A stretch of DNA of 64,000 bases from Camelus dromedarius (Eukaryota). This document shows, in pieces, positions 38,926 to 51,900 of this stretch (the stretch's first letter is position 1; each line of letters begins with the position of its first letter). The stretch spans positions 34,226,001 to 34,290,000 of the forward strand of contig NC_087447.1 of NCBI RefSeq assembly GCF_036321535.1. Direction: 5' to 3'. Under the pieces are notes generated by a model, which was not told the DNA's origin, ran no database searches, and worked only from the letters and a program-made list of their open reading frames with translations. A program made the position numbers and the translations under genes.

Positions 38926-39699
38926 AACAGGTATCTGTGGTTTTGACTCCCAGCTAGAATCCCCAGCCACCAGCCCAGTACCTAGCACATAGTAGGAATC
39001 CAGTGTTTTTTGACTTCTTGCCAAGCTTTGAGCCCCACCCCCCTGGAACTCAAATGAAAATCTCAGAAAGATATAAATCACGAAAGTGTTAAATTCATAA
39101 AACTTCAGAAAAGCACCCAAAAAGGAACAGGAGGAGGTCATGGAGGATTCCAGGTGGCCAGTGGGAAGCTTTCTGTAATATGCCTGAAGCTGCCAACCGC
39201 TAAAACCGACTCTTTTCAATTTAATAAAACTTGGCATCACAAAGTTGGCAATTAGATTTCCTGTAAAAGGCTAAATGCGGTGGCCTTCTGCTTCCTGGAT
39301 TCTGAAATTCAGTAAGAAAGGCATTAGTGTGTGGCAGCTGGGATAATCATTTAATTGATCTCTTCCACCCACAGAAGCCTCCCTTCCCTGCTTCAACTGG
39401 CTGAATTGTAAATCAATGTCACCTTCACTGTGAGCATGAAAAAGGCAGGAAAAAACACCCCCTCCCCAAACTAAATAGGAGTCAGCTTCCTAATGGGGAA
39501 TTGGTGAGACTCTAAATGGGTGCTGCCAATTCTCCCTCTCTGGATCTCCTCCGGGGCCACCCACACAGTTCCCACCCTGTGCAGGCCAGTGGGAGCTCCA
39601 GTGACATGCAAAGCAGGGGACAAGGCGCTTTCCATGAGAGGGAGTCTATGACAGAAAAGGCATGGTTGGGAGTTACACGACAAGCAAGGGAGGAAGGCT

Positions 39700-41345
39700 A
39701 GAAAGATCCCTGTGGTAACTGATTAGAGTTGGAAGCTCTATGTATAAACTAACTTCAGTTTATAAACTAAATGATAGCATAGTTTATCAGTATAAACTGT
39801 ATACTGATCTATACAGTACCTCAGTATAAACTAATGTTTAGCTTAACCTAGACACAATATTTACAGATCCATCGGTTAGTATGCACATATTCATCTTCTG
39901 TTTTGTCTACTGAAAAGATGTAAAAACAAGGATATCCCAGTAGCAACAAGCACACCCAGTGCCCATATCTTGGTTTCTAATATCATTTACCAGGTGGGCC
40001 AGGAACCAGGGCTCCTTGGAGAAATGGCTGATGCTTGGACTGGGACATGAAGTATTCGAGACAGGCCTGGAGCACATCCTAGAGCCAGAAAGACAGGACA
40101 TGTCCCCGCACCAAGACATATTGATGGGGGTTTGTCACAGGGACACAGGAACTCACTGAAAATGCTCCCAATGGCCAAAGCTGGAACAACTGAGCAACAA
40201 AAGTTAACGAAGCAGTATCGGATTAAGACCCAAAGTGTGAAACGATATCCATGAATCCATACTGAAACACAAAAAAGTTGTGTCAATAAATAAATGAATG
40301 GGGAGGAGAGAAGACTCTCCCATGCAGAAAGAATTCCAAATAAATTATGAAAATATTCTGTTCTCAAGGAAGTGGAACAGGAATCGCCAACCCTTAATCA
40401 TGGGCTGCACTGAGAACAGTAACGGGAAGGGTGGGGAAAGAGTAACTTTACAGGGAAACCTGACAAACGTTAACCCAGCTGGCTGATCAAGGTTAACATC
40501 CACATCCACAAGTCATGCTGGGAGCAAGCACCCCAGATGTGATGTTAGGAAAGTGGCACTTGTACTCTGTGGTCTTAATCTCCCAAAACGCGCACAGTCC
40601 TAGTCTCATAGTGAGAAAAGCATCAGACAAATCTCAATGGGGAGGGGCCAGCCTACAAGATATCCACCCAGTACTCCTAAAAAAATAAACAAGTTTCTTC
40701 TGCATAGCACAGCGAACTCTGTTCAATATCTCGTAGTAACCTATAGTGGAAAAGAATATGAAAACTAATATATGTTTATGTTTAATTTTGGTATCTTGGG
40801 GTTGAGAGGGTTTTGTGAGAGGATGCGGGGCAGATTACTATTTACTGTATTTAACTTTTTCTTAAACACAGACTATTAAAACGAAATCCAAGTGTTAAAG
40901 AAAAACGAAAGAAACATTTCATAAAGAAATAATAAAAGTCACAAGTTTTGAAAAGAACAAATATATGTATATGTATGACAGAAACATTATTCTGTACACC
41001 AGAAATTGACACAACATTGTAAACTGACTTTACTTCAATAAAAAAAAAATTAACTAAAACAAATTTTTAAAAACTTGCCAGGGTCATCAAAAACAAGGAA
41101 AATTTGAGAAACTGTCACAGCCAAGAAGAGTCTAAGGAGATATGACAACTAAGTGTCATGTGGGGTCCTGGAGTTAATGACAGTGTTTTAATATCGGTTC
41201 ATTAATCATAGCAAATGTACTATAGCAATATAAATTGTTAACAACAGGGGACACTGGGTGTGGGGTATATGGGAACTCTCCGTACTATCTTCACAACTTT
41301 TCCGTAAATCTAAATCTACTCTAAAATTAAAAGCTTATTTAAAAA
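39700..41345 (+). mobile_element. Old L1 3' UTR (L1MC/MD-like) containing a nested younger L1
   Basis: ccagggctccttggagaaatggctga...ctcccaatggccaaagctggaacaa...gagaaaagcatcagacaaa...gggaactctccgtactatctt...ctaaaattaaaagcttatttaaaaa. Confidence 0.85.
40680..41068 (+). mobile_element. Younger L1 3' UTR fragment, same type as the 22796 copy, itself interrupted at 40782-40959
   Basis: ataaacaagtttcttctgcatagcacag... and ...tgtacaccagaaattgacacaacattgtaaactgac...aataaaaaa align to 23050-23215. Confidence 0.85.
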
Positions 41346-43699
41346 GATAACATACAAAGCTCCACAACTGACTACAGTGTGCAGGTTTGAAAACTAATAA
41401 ACTCTGACACACTCATGGATAGACTGTGGATTTAGCCATTTCCAGGACAGAATGCCTCGCCTGAAGTTAGATTTGAGATCACAAGATTTCAGAAACATCA
41501 TTCACTTGTGTGCACACACACCATATGTGGGTATTATATATAAAGTTTACACCCTAGGTTTTATGTACAAGAAACTCTTCCTGCATGGGTGGATTTCCTT
41601 AGAATGCTCATTAGAAACTGTTAAGGATAAAAGGACTGAAGAAAAAAAGCCGATTCAGAACTTCAGGTTTTGCTTTGATCCTTTCAAAAGGGCCATGAAA
41701 GAACTATTTGTGCCCAAAGAGTAAGTGCTGGGAATCTCCCAGTTAACAACCCTGGGCCCCAATGCAAAAGATCCCATTTATTCTAAAAGATTCCGCAATT
41801 GATGCTTCCTCACCTTTTTAAAAAAGAAAAAAAAAAGAAGGAATCAAAATGCCTGAGGTTCCGGCAAGTTGACCAGATCAAAATGCGACCTGAGACATTG
41901 TAATTAACAATGTAAATTTGTTTAAAAAATGTAAATTTGAACACACTAGATCCTAAGATCTTCGGTAAGTAAAAGTGTCTCCAGAATGAATGTAATACTC
42001 AAGGGTCCCATGGTCTCAGATTTTTAAGGAAAAAAAAAATCCTCCCTATGATTGGAAGCACAAGCTAGCTTTTACTAGCAATAGGTGGCAGCATTTCTGT
42101 TCTCTGGGCCACATTCTACATAATTGTACCAACTAGTAATGGACAATTAGAAGACAAGGGTTTTTCAAGGTCCTACTGCATCCCTTGTTTTCCATTAAAG
42201 GATAAACTCTTTCTACAAATCACTTCTGCTGGAGATAACAAAATCACATCTCTCCCTTAAAGAAAAAAAACAAAAGAAAAAAATAATAAAGTGACAAATT
42301 AATTTCCCCAAACATAATAAAACTAATCTAATCATCTTGTGCTGGCCATCTGCTTCATAGATGCAAATCTAACTGCATTTTCTACTGCCTGATAACTTGC
42401 TTAATTCAGTTAGCTCTTGTGACCCTGCTTTTGTGAGTAGTTCTCAATGGGACCTTCCCTGGTGGCTTCTAGACAAAAAAATTGGCTGAGCCAGAGAAGT
42501 GTTTCTCCAAGGAGCAACAGTGACACAGTTCCTCTCCAGCTGGCTGTCCATTGGCAAATGACATTTTAAAAAGGCAACTAAGAAGGCTAGAGCTTCAGCT
42601 GAACTGAACTGGAAAATGGGTACCACGGAACACTTCCTACCTGTCAGGCACTAAGCCCTTTACACGCATTTGTCACATCGAATCCTCCCAATCTGAGTTA
42701 GTGTCTATGCCTACTCCCTTTCCACTCGTGAGGAACCTGAGGTTCAGAGACGTTAATACACTTATTTAAGTTCTCAAAACCAAGTCTGTCTGACCTGACA
42801 GCCCATGCCATCGGCCACTATGCAGGTGACTCAGCGGGACGAGATGGGCTGCTTCTAAGCCTGAGCTGAAACAGAGGCACCAAAGTAAGCCTGGGACCAA
42901 TGTGCAAAATGCAGGATTTCAAAGGAATACTGGAGTGCCAGTTTCAAGACTTGCCCTGTTCCATCAGATGGAGGATATAAAGAGATCAAATTACAGAAAA
43001 AGAGGATTTGGGGGAGCAGGGTATCCTTGGAGAACACTGTGCTGTTAGCATATCCTCTTCCCACTCACTCAAACCTGACTAGGGGTTGTTTCAGTGGTGT
43101 CCCTGGGAAGCCCGAGATGACCATTCCTGCAGTTAGGGATGCTGTGGTCTAAGATCTGACTCCTGCCCTGAGACTCTAGACAGGGAGAGACAGGCTATGA
43201 CTGATGGTTTCAATAATGGAGTTAGGACACCAGTACAGGGCAGGACTGGCCTGCAGCCCCCACTGTTGGGGCAAGGGATTTGAGTGTTTCCTTGGAGACA
43301 GCACACACCAGCGTTCATCTGGGGTCCTCCTATGAAGTGGCCCTGGAAGTGGTCCACAAAAGAAAGATGGGGCTTTCAACAGAACAGGAAGCCAGCCCTT
43401 CGATGGAAGGCACCATCAGGTAAGTATCTTTCTCCTCCACCTAGCTCCCTGGGGGTGGAGGAGGGCCAACTGCCTTCACTCATCCTCTGCGGAGTCCTGA
43501 GAGAATTCAAGTTAGAGCTTAGATCACTATTGTAGGGGGGTATTCTAATTTCTCATGTGAGGCTGTCTTTGCAAATTGTTGTGACCATGAGACTGTCTAC
43601 ATGGATGAGCAGAATGGCTATGGGCTATGAGAGCCTTCGTCCTGTGGCAGGAAAAAAAACGCATGGGCTTTGTCCACAATCCACACGTTACACTTGTTC

Positions 43700-43872
43700 A
43701 ATATGCTGGTTATGTGGGCAGTGCAGAGCCCCCTGGGAACCTGTGAAAAAACACAGATGCCCAGGCCCCACCTTCAAAGAGTGATTCAGGAGGTTTGAAT
43801 GACCCAAACATCTGCCTTTCTTTTCAAAGTTCTCTAGAGAATTCTGACGTCCTGGCAGGACTGAGAACTATC
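43700..43872. mobile_element. MER5-family MITE
   Basis: aaaaaacacagatgcccaggccccacc...agagtgattcag...aaagttctctagagaattctga. Confidence 0.7.
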
Positions 43873-46090
43873 AGATCATGCTCAACACATAGAGAGAGGG
43901 AAAGAGGAAAGAGGACATGTCATCAACACCCATTACTTCTTAATATTTAGAAAATCTATATTATTTGGGGAGTCGGGCAGCATGGTTATTAAGAATGTCC
44001 CACAAAAGAAGGTTCCTGGCATCACCTTTTCTAATCTCTCAAAGTATTAGCAAATGATGGCATAGAAAAACAATATGAAAATATTAAAATCAATTCACCC
44101 CTCCCCAGAAATAAATCTGCACTTAAAGATAAGAGAACTGAGATTTAGAGGTGTTATTTGTCTAAGGTCCAGCAGTTGACAAGAAGCAAGGCTGATATTC
44201 CACCCAGGTCTTCTGCTTTCAAAGACCAGATTCTTAACTACTATACCTTCTTTCTTCTAAGAATCACCAGTAATGTAGAGATCAAGACGTTCTTTTCCCC
44301 TGGCCCCAGACCTGATCATGTTCCAAAGTTTAAGTTGAAGAAGTACAGGTACTTGAGATGAAAAGGATCTGATGACAGCAGAGGTGACTGATGCAGGATA
44401 ATTTCCTACACAGAACTTCAATGGCAAGACCGCTAAGGAATAGTTATCACAAACTATGTCATACTCCTTTGATGGAGAAACAGAGTTCAGGAACGGAATA
44501 TTTTCCAATGAGAAGTTCACTGGAGAATTCAGCCATCTACAAAATACATTAGATTATAAAGCCAGAAGGAATTTTGCCTGACATTTTAGGGCCTTGTTTA
44601 TTTTCATCTAAGGGTGTGGGAAAGAAACTCTACAAAGATGGAACACACTGTGGCTACTCAGGCAAATTCAGCATGAATGAGCTTTTAAAAACTGCACGTT
44701 CAATCAACTAAACTCCAAGTGACTGAACTATCAGGGGACAAAATAAATAAATAAAACCCTCTGGAGTGACATTCCAGGTTCAGAAATCAGACACGCATGG
44801 TTTCATGGAAATTACCCAGGCTTTGATTCCAGGCAGAAGTCGGTTGGAATTTTGGCTCTGTCTTTTACCAACTGACCTGGGGACTCTGGGCAAGCAGTTT
44901 ACCTTTTGACACTCAGGGTTCTCTTCAGTGAAATGGCAATGTGTGTTGTGAAATGGATAGAGTTTAGCCGGATGCCAGGGTGATGAGAGGTCCGCTAGGG
45001 TGAATCCCAGCCACCAGAAGGCAGGACTCCCTCAAGTTTCCGCAGCTCATCTTTCTGAAGAACCTAGATGAACATGGTTAGTTATTTCAAGTAAATGGAA
45101 AGAGACAACCAGATAAGGAAAGGCGGCTCACGGCACATGAAATTTTAATGCCAGTGACAGTTCAGGTTTGGCTCTAGTCAATAGGAACCATAAATAGCTG
45201 TCACCTAATGGCCATGTCCTCTTGAAAATGGGTTATTCGTCTGAGTCCATCTCCCAGAGGACAGCTGCAAATACCATCAATACTGGCACTAAGCAACAGC
45301 CTTATTTATAGCCAAGGGACAGATTCCAAAGATAGAAGAGGTCACAGAGGCTGAACCCCTTCTCCCAACTCCCAAATTCCTAGAGGGCTGAGAGGTGAGG
45401 CTGGAGAGCAGGTCTGATGGGAGTGTCTGAACACGGTGGGAAAATTGTCAATGAAAGTGAGAAAAACTGAAAAGGAAGGAGAGGTTTGAAAAGAATGAAG
45501 CAGCCAGGAAAGGAGGAATTGTAGACGGTGCTATGTATGCCTGATCAGCCACCGGGTCAGCCACCACCCCCCAGTGAGGCTGCCCCCATCTCTCAGCCAA
45601 CACCGAACTGCTGAGGAGTGGGAGGCCTCCCCAGCATCTATCAGCACATTCATGGGGGGCCAGAGAATCTTCCCTTAGCCACACCTGCATGAAACATTCT
45701 CCAGTGCCTACACAATCAAGTCCCAAATCCTTAACTCGACTTTAAAGAACTGCTACTTAAGCTGGTGCCTAAGATCCCACTCCTCGCCTTCACGTTAGCC
45801 CCATGCAGCTGGTAGTGATTCCTCATACAGTCACCTCTTTCTAGCATCAGGGCCTTTACTCCTGCGGTGGGAATGCACAGGTTTCATTAACTGGGATCCT
45901 GTGTATTTCTCAAAGAGTACTTGGTCCAAATACCCCCCAGCTAAAACTTTTGCTTGGACTTTTCATCTAGGTATTTAAGGCTCTAGACTTCTATTTCACA
46001 TTTTAAGGTCTCCGAGGGCAGGATTTATGATCTTTATCTCCATGTTCCCTTGCAAGTTTAGTGCCAAGTCAAGTGCCAACAAGTGTTTGT

Positions 46091-46120
46091 TGGATGGTTA
46101 GATGGATGGATGGATGGATG
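46091..46120. repeat. (GGAT)n tetranucleotide repeat at an L2-like tail
   Basis: tggatggttagatggatggatggatggatg. Confidence 0.85.
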
Positions 46121-48659
46121 AAAGGACAGAAGGAAGAGTGGATGGACTTGATGGATTAAGAAGAAACCAGCAGAGAACACATTATCCACTATGTCATTTG
46201 TCATCCAGCACAGCCAGGAAATGGAACGCCCTGGTTATTACAATATTCTGATTAATAAAGTGCTCCTCCCCCAACCCCATTCACAGATTTGACCACTGAT
46301 AACTGACTATCTCAACACTGGAATAAAATCTACCTTTCATTTCAAACAGAATAAACAGGACTGTCACTGCTTGATGATTCACAGAGCACTTGGACATCTT
46401 GCAAGACTCAAGGTTCGGAATCTCAAAGGCCACTGCACTGTGATGTGTGAGAGGGATGGTGCGCAGAGCATCGATTAAAAGAATCTTAGATAACTAGACA
46501 TATGTTTGCTGAAACCATGATTGAAAATAAGTAATTTTTCTATACTCCATTCTTCAATGGAGTCTCATAAAGCCAGGATGAACATTATATACTTTCAGCT
46601 AGATGATGCTACAAATCAGCAGAGACAGGAGGACACACACACACCCCCCCAAACCACATGAGGTCTGGCTTTTCCCCTTGTGACCCAATCGTAACTCAGA
46701 AAATCAGTAGCAAAAGTCCTTGAGCACCCTGGCCAGAGATCACACGCTAGCATCTCACCTTTGTCTCACACTCAGTCCCGGCCCTCCTCCCCTTCACGCT
46801 CCCCTCACCCTTGCCAAATGTTCCTAAGACAAGGCCTGTGCTTGTTTGACCATTTCCCAATTCCAGCAGCCCCAGATGGGGTGAGGCAGAGGAAACACAC
46901 GTCAAACAAGTCGGGCTGCTATTATTTTTAACTCGGCTCCTTGCTGGCAGGTAGAAGAACCGGTTCCACCGTACACAGTTTCTCCACAGCCAAAGCAGCG
47001 AGAAGAGCTAGGGCTCCTGGGGCTGCCCGCTCTTGGCCATCAGGGCGCTCCCAAGTCATCATCGGACAGCTCCCGCTCACACGCGCCCTGCTGGGCCAGG
47101 ACAGTCTGCTGCTTCCTCTGAATTAATTACATGCATCATCTCAGTGAATCCTTACATCATCTTCTGAGGCAGGGATTACTACCCGGTGTACAGACGAGGA
47201 AAGGGATGCTCTGGAGGAGTCACTCACCTAAGCTGCACAGGGTTCGAACCCACATCCGTCCTCATCAGGAAGCCATGCTCCCACCATCTCAGCAGACCCC
47301 TTGGAAGGACGGACCATTTCACACTGTCCAGTGCTCTCATGTCCTCTGCCCCTGTCCCAAACGGAGTAGCTGTGGCAGCTTCTGCCACTAGAGAGGGACA
47401 TTAAAGGGTGAGCTGACACTCACCAGAGGAAACGTCCCCCTGCTCGGCTCCCAAGGCAAAGCTAACGCATGCTCTGTGCAATCAGGGGCTCCATCTGACT
47501 TAAACAGATGCACCAGTGATGCATTGTATAGTTTTGATATATGGCCCAAGCACAACATGCCCACCTGGGAGTTTTTTGGTGCCAAGAACGAACAGAAGGG
47601 AATGTATTGCAGAAATATTAACCTTGGCAGTCTCCTGCCACAGTAAACCGCTGGCTGAGCTTTAATGAAATCTTGCACAAGAGCAGAAACATCTGTATTG
47701 CTGGTAAAAATCAACTCCAGCCTGGAACGTACAACTGTCTTTGCCCAAGGACACAACAAACCTGGGGAGAATGGAAAGGAAGCCTTTCTCTGTGATCAAA
47801 ATGACTGTTGACAACAAACAGAGGACGGGGCTGCTCACCTCTGTCTGTGTTCTCTAGTTAGGCTTACTAGCTTCTTGCCAAGGAAGACATACTCTAACTT
47901 TGTGCAACTCGGGCTTTCCTAGCAGGCTTGTTAGTGTGGGAGAGCCAAAGTCCTGCCAACGGCCCGTCCCCCCGACTCTCTCTCGTCCCCACAAAACCGT
48001 TCCCCAGCATGAATAAACACTACTGCCAGTACAATGACGCCTACTTGCTTCAAGTATCCTGAATTAATCACTCATCCAAGCCAAAACTAAAGCACAGACA
48101 TTGTCTTACTTGAAAGATGTAATAGTAAGAAGCCAGTCCACAGAGTACAGGTGGTTGGGGGAGGCCTCACCATCACATAAAGTTGCCATATGAGCTGCAT
48201 AAGTAGGAAGTGAGACATCTTCTGCCGGGGGGGGGGGGGGCTTTCCTAAAATACAAACAGCACAGAGCCCCCCAGACCTGGAATCAGGTTGGAAACCCTC
48301 TCGTCCAATCGCTCTCCTCCCTGATGCATGAATCCCCCAATCAAGCCCCATCCAGGCCAAGTTCCCCCCAACTCCCAGGGAGGAAGACCTCCCCAACCCC
48401 TAAGGAAGCCATCTGGTACTACCTTGCAAAACTCTTCCTTCTGCTAAATTAAATCTTGGTTTTTGTTTGGTGGGAGAAGCCCAGAGATGACTCTTTCCAT
48501 CCTGTCAGAAATAGAAGGTGGTACAATATCTTTTCCATGAGCCTTTATATAATGAAAGTGTTTCAACTTCCTCTAAATACTCTTCTTAGAACAAGGCTTC
48601 AGTTCTCTCACACCCTGGCCGTTCTCCTCCAGACAGAGGGTGAAGATAGATAATGACAA

Positions 48660-48910
48660 CAGTGATGATTGTTAAAGTAAAAGCAGCACCTTAGCCCTCA
48701 TTTATTGAGCCCGCACTACATGACACACACTCTACCATGCGCTTCCCAGTCACTTCTGCTGGCATCCTCATGATGGCAGGAGTTCAGGACAATTATTCTG
48801 TCTATTTTACTTTTCGAAGAAATTGAAACTCAACAGGGGACATAACTTGCCCAAGGCCATGGAGTTAGTAAGTCATGGGGTCGGGATTCAAATTCAGACA
48901 GACTCCCTGC
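48660..48910 (-). mobile_element. MIR SINE
   Basis: catttattgagc...aacttgcccaaggcca...gggattcaaattcag. Confidence 0.75.
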
Positions 48911-51900
48911 CCTCCTCGTCACCATGACTAAAGAGGGCACCAGCTCAGCCACATCCTTTTCATGGTCCCTGATGTGAGTACTGACATCATATCTCCACAG
49001 GTGGAGATCGAAATTGCCTTCCTTTACTGGTTCCTTTACTGGGAAAGATGCAGACCCTGAACAGCCACGACGGCACTCTGCCTGGGGAGAAGGGAGCCTT
49101 CAAGAGGGAACAGGAAAAGACAAGTGGGAGGCAGTAAAGACAAACTGTTTATCAATTTGACAATCTGGAGGAATGCTGGGCTCAGAGGAGACACCACAGA
49201 GGGAGAGGGGTCAGGGGGTGGCAGCACGAGCCTCATCCCCACAGCACGAGATGGCTGGCAAGGAAGCTGCTTTCTGGGGGACCCAGCAGGTGCAGGGAGC
49301 AAAGGCCAGGTCGCCTTATCACAGCTGCCTCTCTGCCACCATCCTCCACTCCCCACGCTCGCTCGATGGGACTCTGCTGTTGCCAAACTGGTTGGACGGA
49401 GCCAGAGACTGTAAAGATGACCTATCTGCCTGCCGTACCCCTGATCAAAGCTGACTCATTTCAAAGGTGAACTGTCAGCAACTTGCGAGACTGCAATTAG
49501 ATGAGGAAACATAAACTAGAAGGTTACTGCAGGGGTTAAAAAACAAAACCTCCCTAAAAACAAACAAACAAACAAAACTCCCTGAAAACAGGAAGTTCTC
49601 TTTTGTGCCTCTGAAATTCTCAGTTCTAAAAACTCCATGAAGAAACAACATATAGGACACTAATTACATTTAGGTCTTGAGATAAGACCCTAATGTTCAC
49701 TCGGCCTCCTTTTTGGTCCAGGATGGGGAAACGTTCTGCTGCTGTGAGCTTACAGAAACGACCCAAGGCTAGAGTCCAGGCTGGCATCCCAGGTGTCTGG
49801 AGATCCCAGCTTTCCTCCCACACACCCTCACATTTTAATCACAGTGCAATGAAAGCAGAGTTTCCAAAGAAAATACACACACACACTCACACAAAAATAC
49901 ACCTATCCACACATGCACGCACATAAACACAAACACACCTATTCTCCTTCTCGCTCCTTCTCTCCCCCCCTTTCTCTCTCTCCACGGACTCCCCAGGCTA
50001 TGGAGTTAGACTCACATGAAGCTTACACCTTACACTAAGCTTAAGGTCAGTTCAGGACCTGGATTTTCAGAGTAAACCAGTTTGGTCAGGAGAGCAATTT
50101 CATAAGCAGGTCACAGGGTGTCTACCTAGCAATGGGAATGAGGATTGATTTACATTCGATATATGATGGGGGAAACGGGAATTTTCCTTGCTTCCTAAAC
50201 GCTGGGGGTTTAAGAATATCTGTGATACACTCAGATGTGCCCAGCAGGGGGCAGCCAACTGGGACTGTCTTTCCTTTGGTGAGGCTGTTGGACACCCCCT
50301 AAGTGCTGGAACACCCAGAGGACCCCACAAAACCCAGCCTTGTCAGAAGTGAGCCCAGTGCCACTGTCTGCACAGAGCCGCCAGTGAACAGGAGAGATCA
50401 GTTCTGCGGGAGGGGAACTTCGGTCCGGCTGCGGGAGGACAGAGGTGCAGTAGGGCTGGGGCGAGGGTGCGGGGGTGGGGAGCACTGTAAAGCCATCACT
50501 AATGTCACACCTGTATCCATCAAACCAAGTATGTCAGTCTAGTAAAAGATGAGGGGCTCCCTTGGGCTCTGAGAACCTGCCAAGATAGGCTCTTCGATCC
50601 AAGTCTGAGGCCCTGGGCTTAAAACAACTTCTTCATCAAATTACTCTCCTGAAAACGGGCGTGTTCCAGCCTCCTCTGGACTGCTGAGTCCACACGCTTG
50701 AGTCCATACACAGTAAAGACTCTCAGGGCTCTGGTCCCCTCAGCAGCGTATGTGGAATAAGGCAAGGGGGAGACAAAAGAAAGGGGTCCAAATAGCACCC
50801 ACACACCTGCTCAATTCTGGACACTGATGCTGCTGCGTCTAGGATGCTGTTCCCTTAACAGTTTGCAGGTGCTCTGCCGAAGAAAAAGGCAAATGCTGGA
50901 CTGCCCTGACCTGGCAGAGGCAGGCACCAGCCCTGCTGAAGCTCAAGGGGATCCCCCACATCAGTACAGGCGTCCTGGCCAGCTACAGCCCAGCACCTAG
51001 CTCGGCCAGTCTTGGGAGGTGACACACTCACTGTACAGAGCAACTGATGCCAAACCGCACACTTCTGCCCATGCAGAGACCCACTGGGTGGTTTGCTCTA
51101 CTCAGCTGGGGTCCTAGCTTCTCAGCAGTTCTGGTGACAGGGGCACAACACTGAGCACTCACAGAACTGACTCAGTGAAGAGCTGCAGTCTGGGATGCCT
51201 TCTTTAATCTTCCTCACCTCTAAATCCTATAAAAATGTTCTCCACTGGTAGTTCCCCTCCTGGGGACCTGGGATCCTCAAAGGTATAACAGTAGGGACTC
51301 TGAGGGTTCATATGGGCCTAAGAATGCTTCCGATCAACCAACAGGAAAAGGATGATGACTGTCACACGTGCCACAGAGTCGGTCTTCACTAACTGCTCAG
51401 GTTGATTCATGTCATTCCCCTGCTAAAACTTCCAAGGTTATCCCATGACCTTGAACATGAAGTCCCAATTCTGGAGACCTTCCTTGGCAAAGCTCACCTC
51501 TCCTGTCTTAAACCGCTGGGGGAGATGAGTACTGGAAGGGTTAAACGAATATCAGAGGAGGGAATTCTAGTATTTCAGACCTATGGACTTCAGGATTTTG
51601 CTTCCAAGAATCCATAGATTAACAGGAGGCAGTCAGGTGTGCTGGAAAAGCTACACGCTTTGAAGTCAGCTAAACCTAGACTTAAAAACCTGCTCCAGCA
51701 TCCACCTGGTAACCCCAGGCAAGTTCTTATTATATCTGAACTTCAATTTTTCCTCTATATGCATGACGGGTATCATGTGAAGACAGTTATGGGATAACCT
51801 ATGTAAAGCACCCAACACAGTGCTTGGACAGTGTGACTGCTGGACCCCAAGGTCCCTTCCAAAAACCCTCTTGTACTTTCTCATCATCTCCACACATGCA

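Noticed and set aside
48227..48240. G14 homopolymer as a functional G-quadruplex
   Set aside because: It is an isolated homopolymer whose length is assembly-sensitive, and it has no other support.
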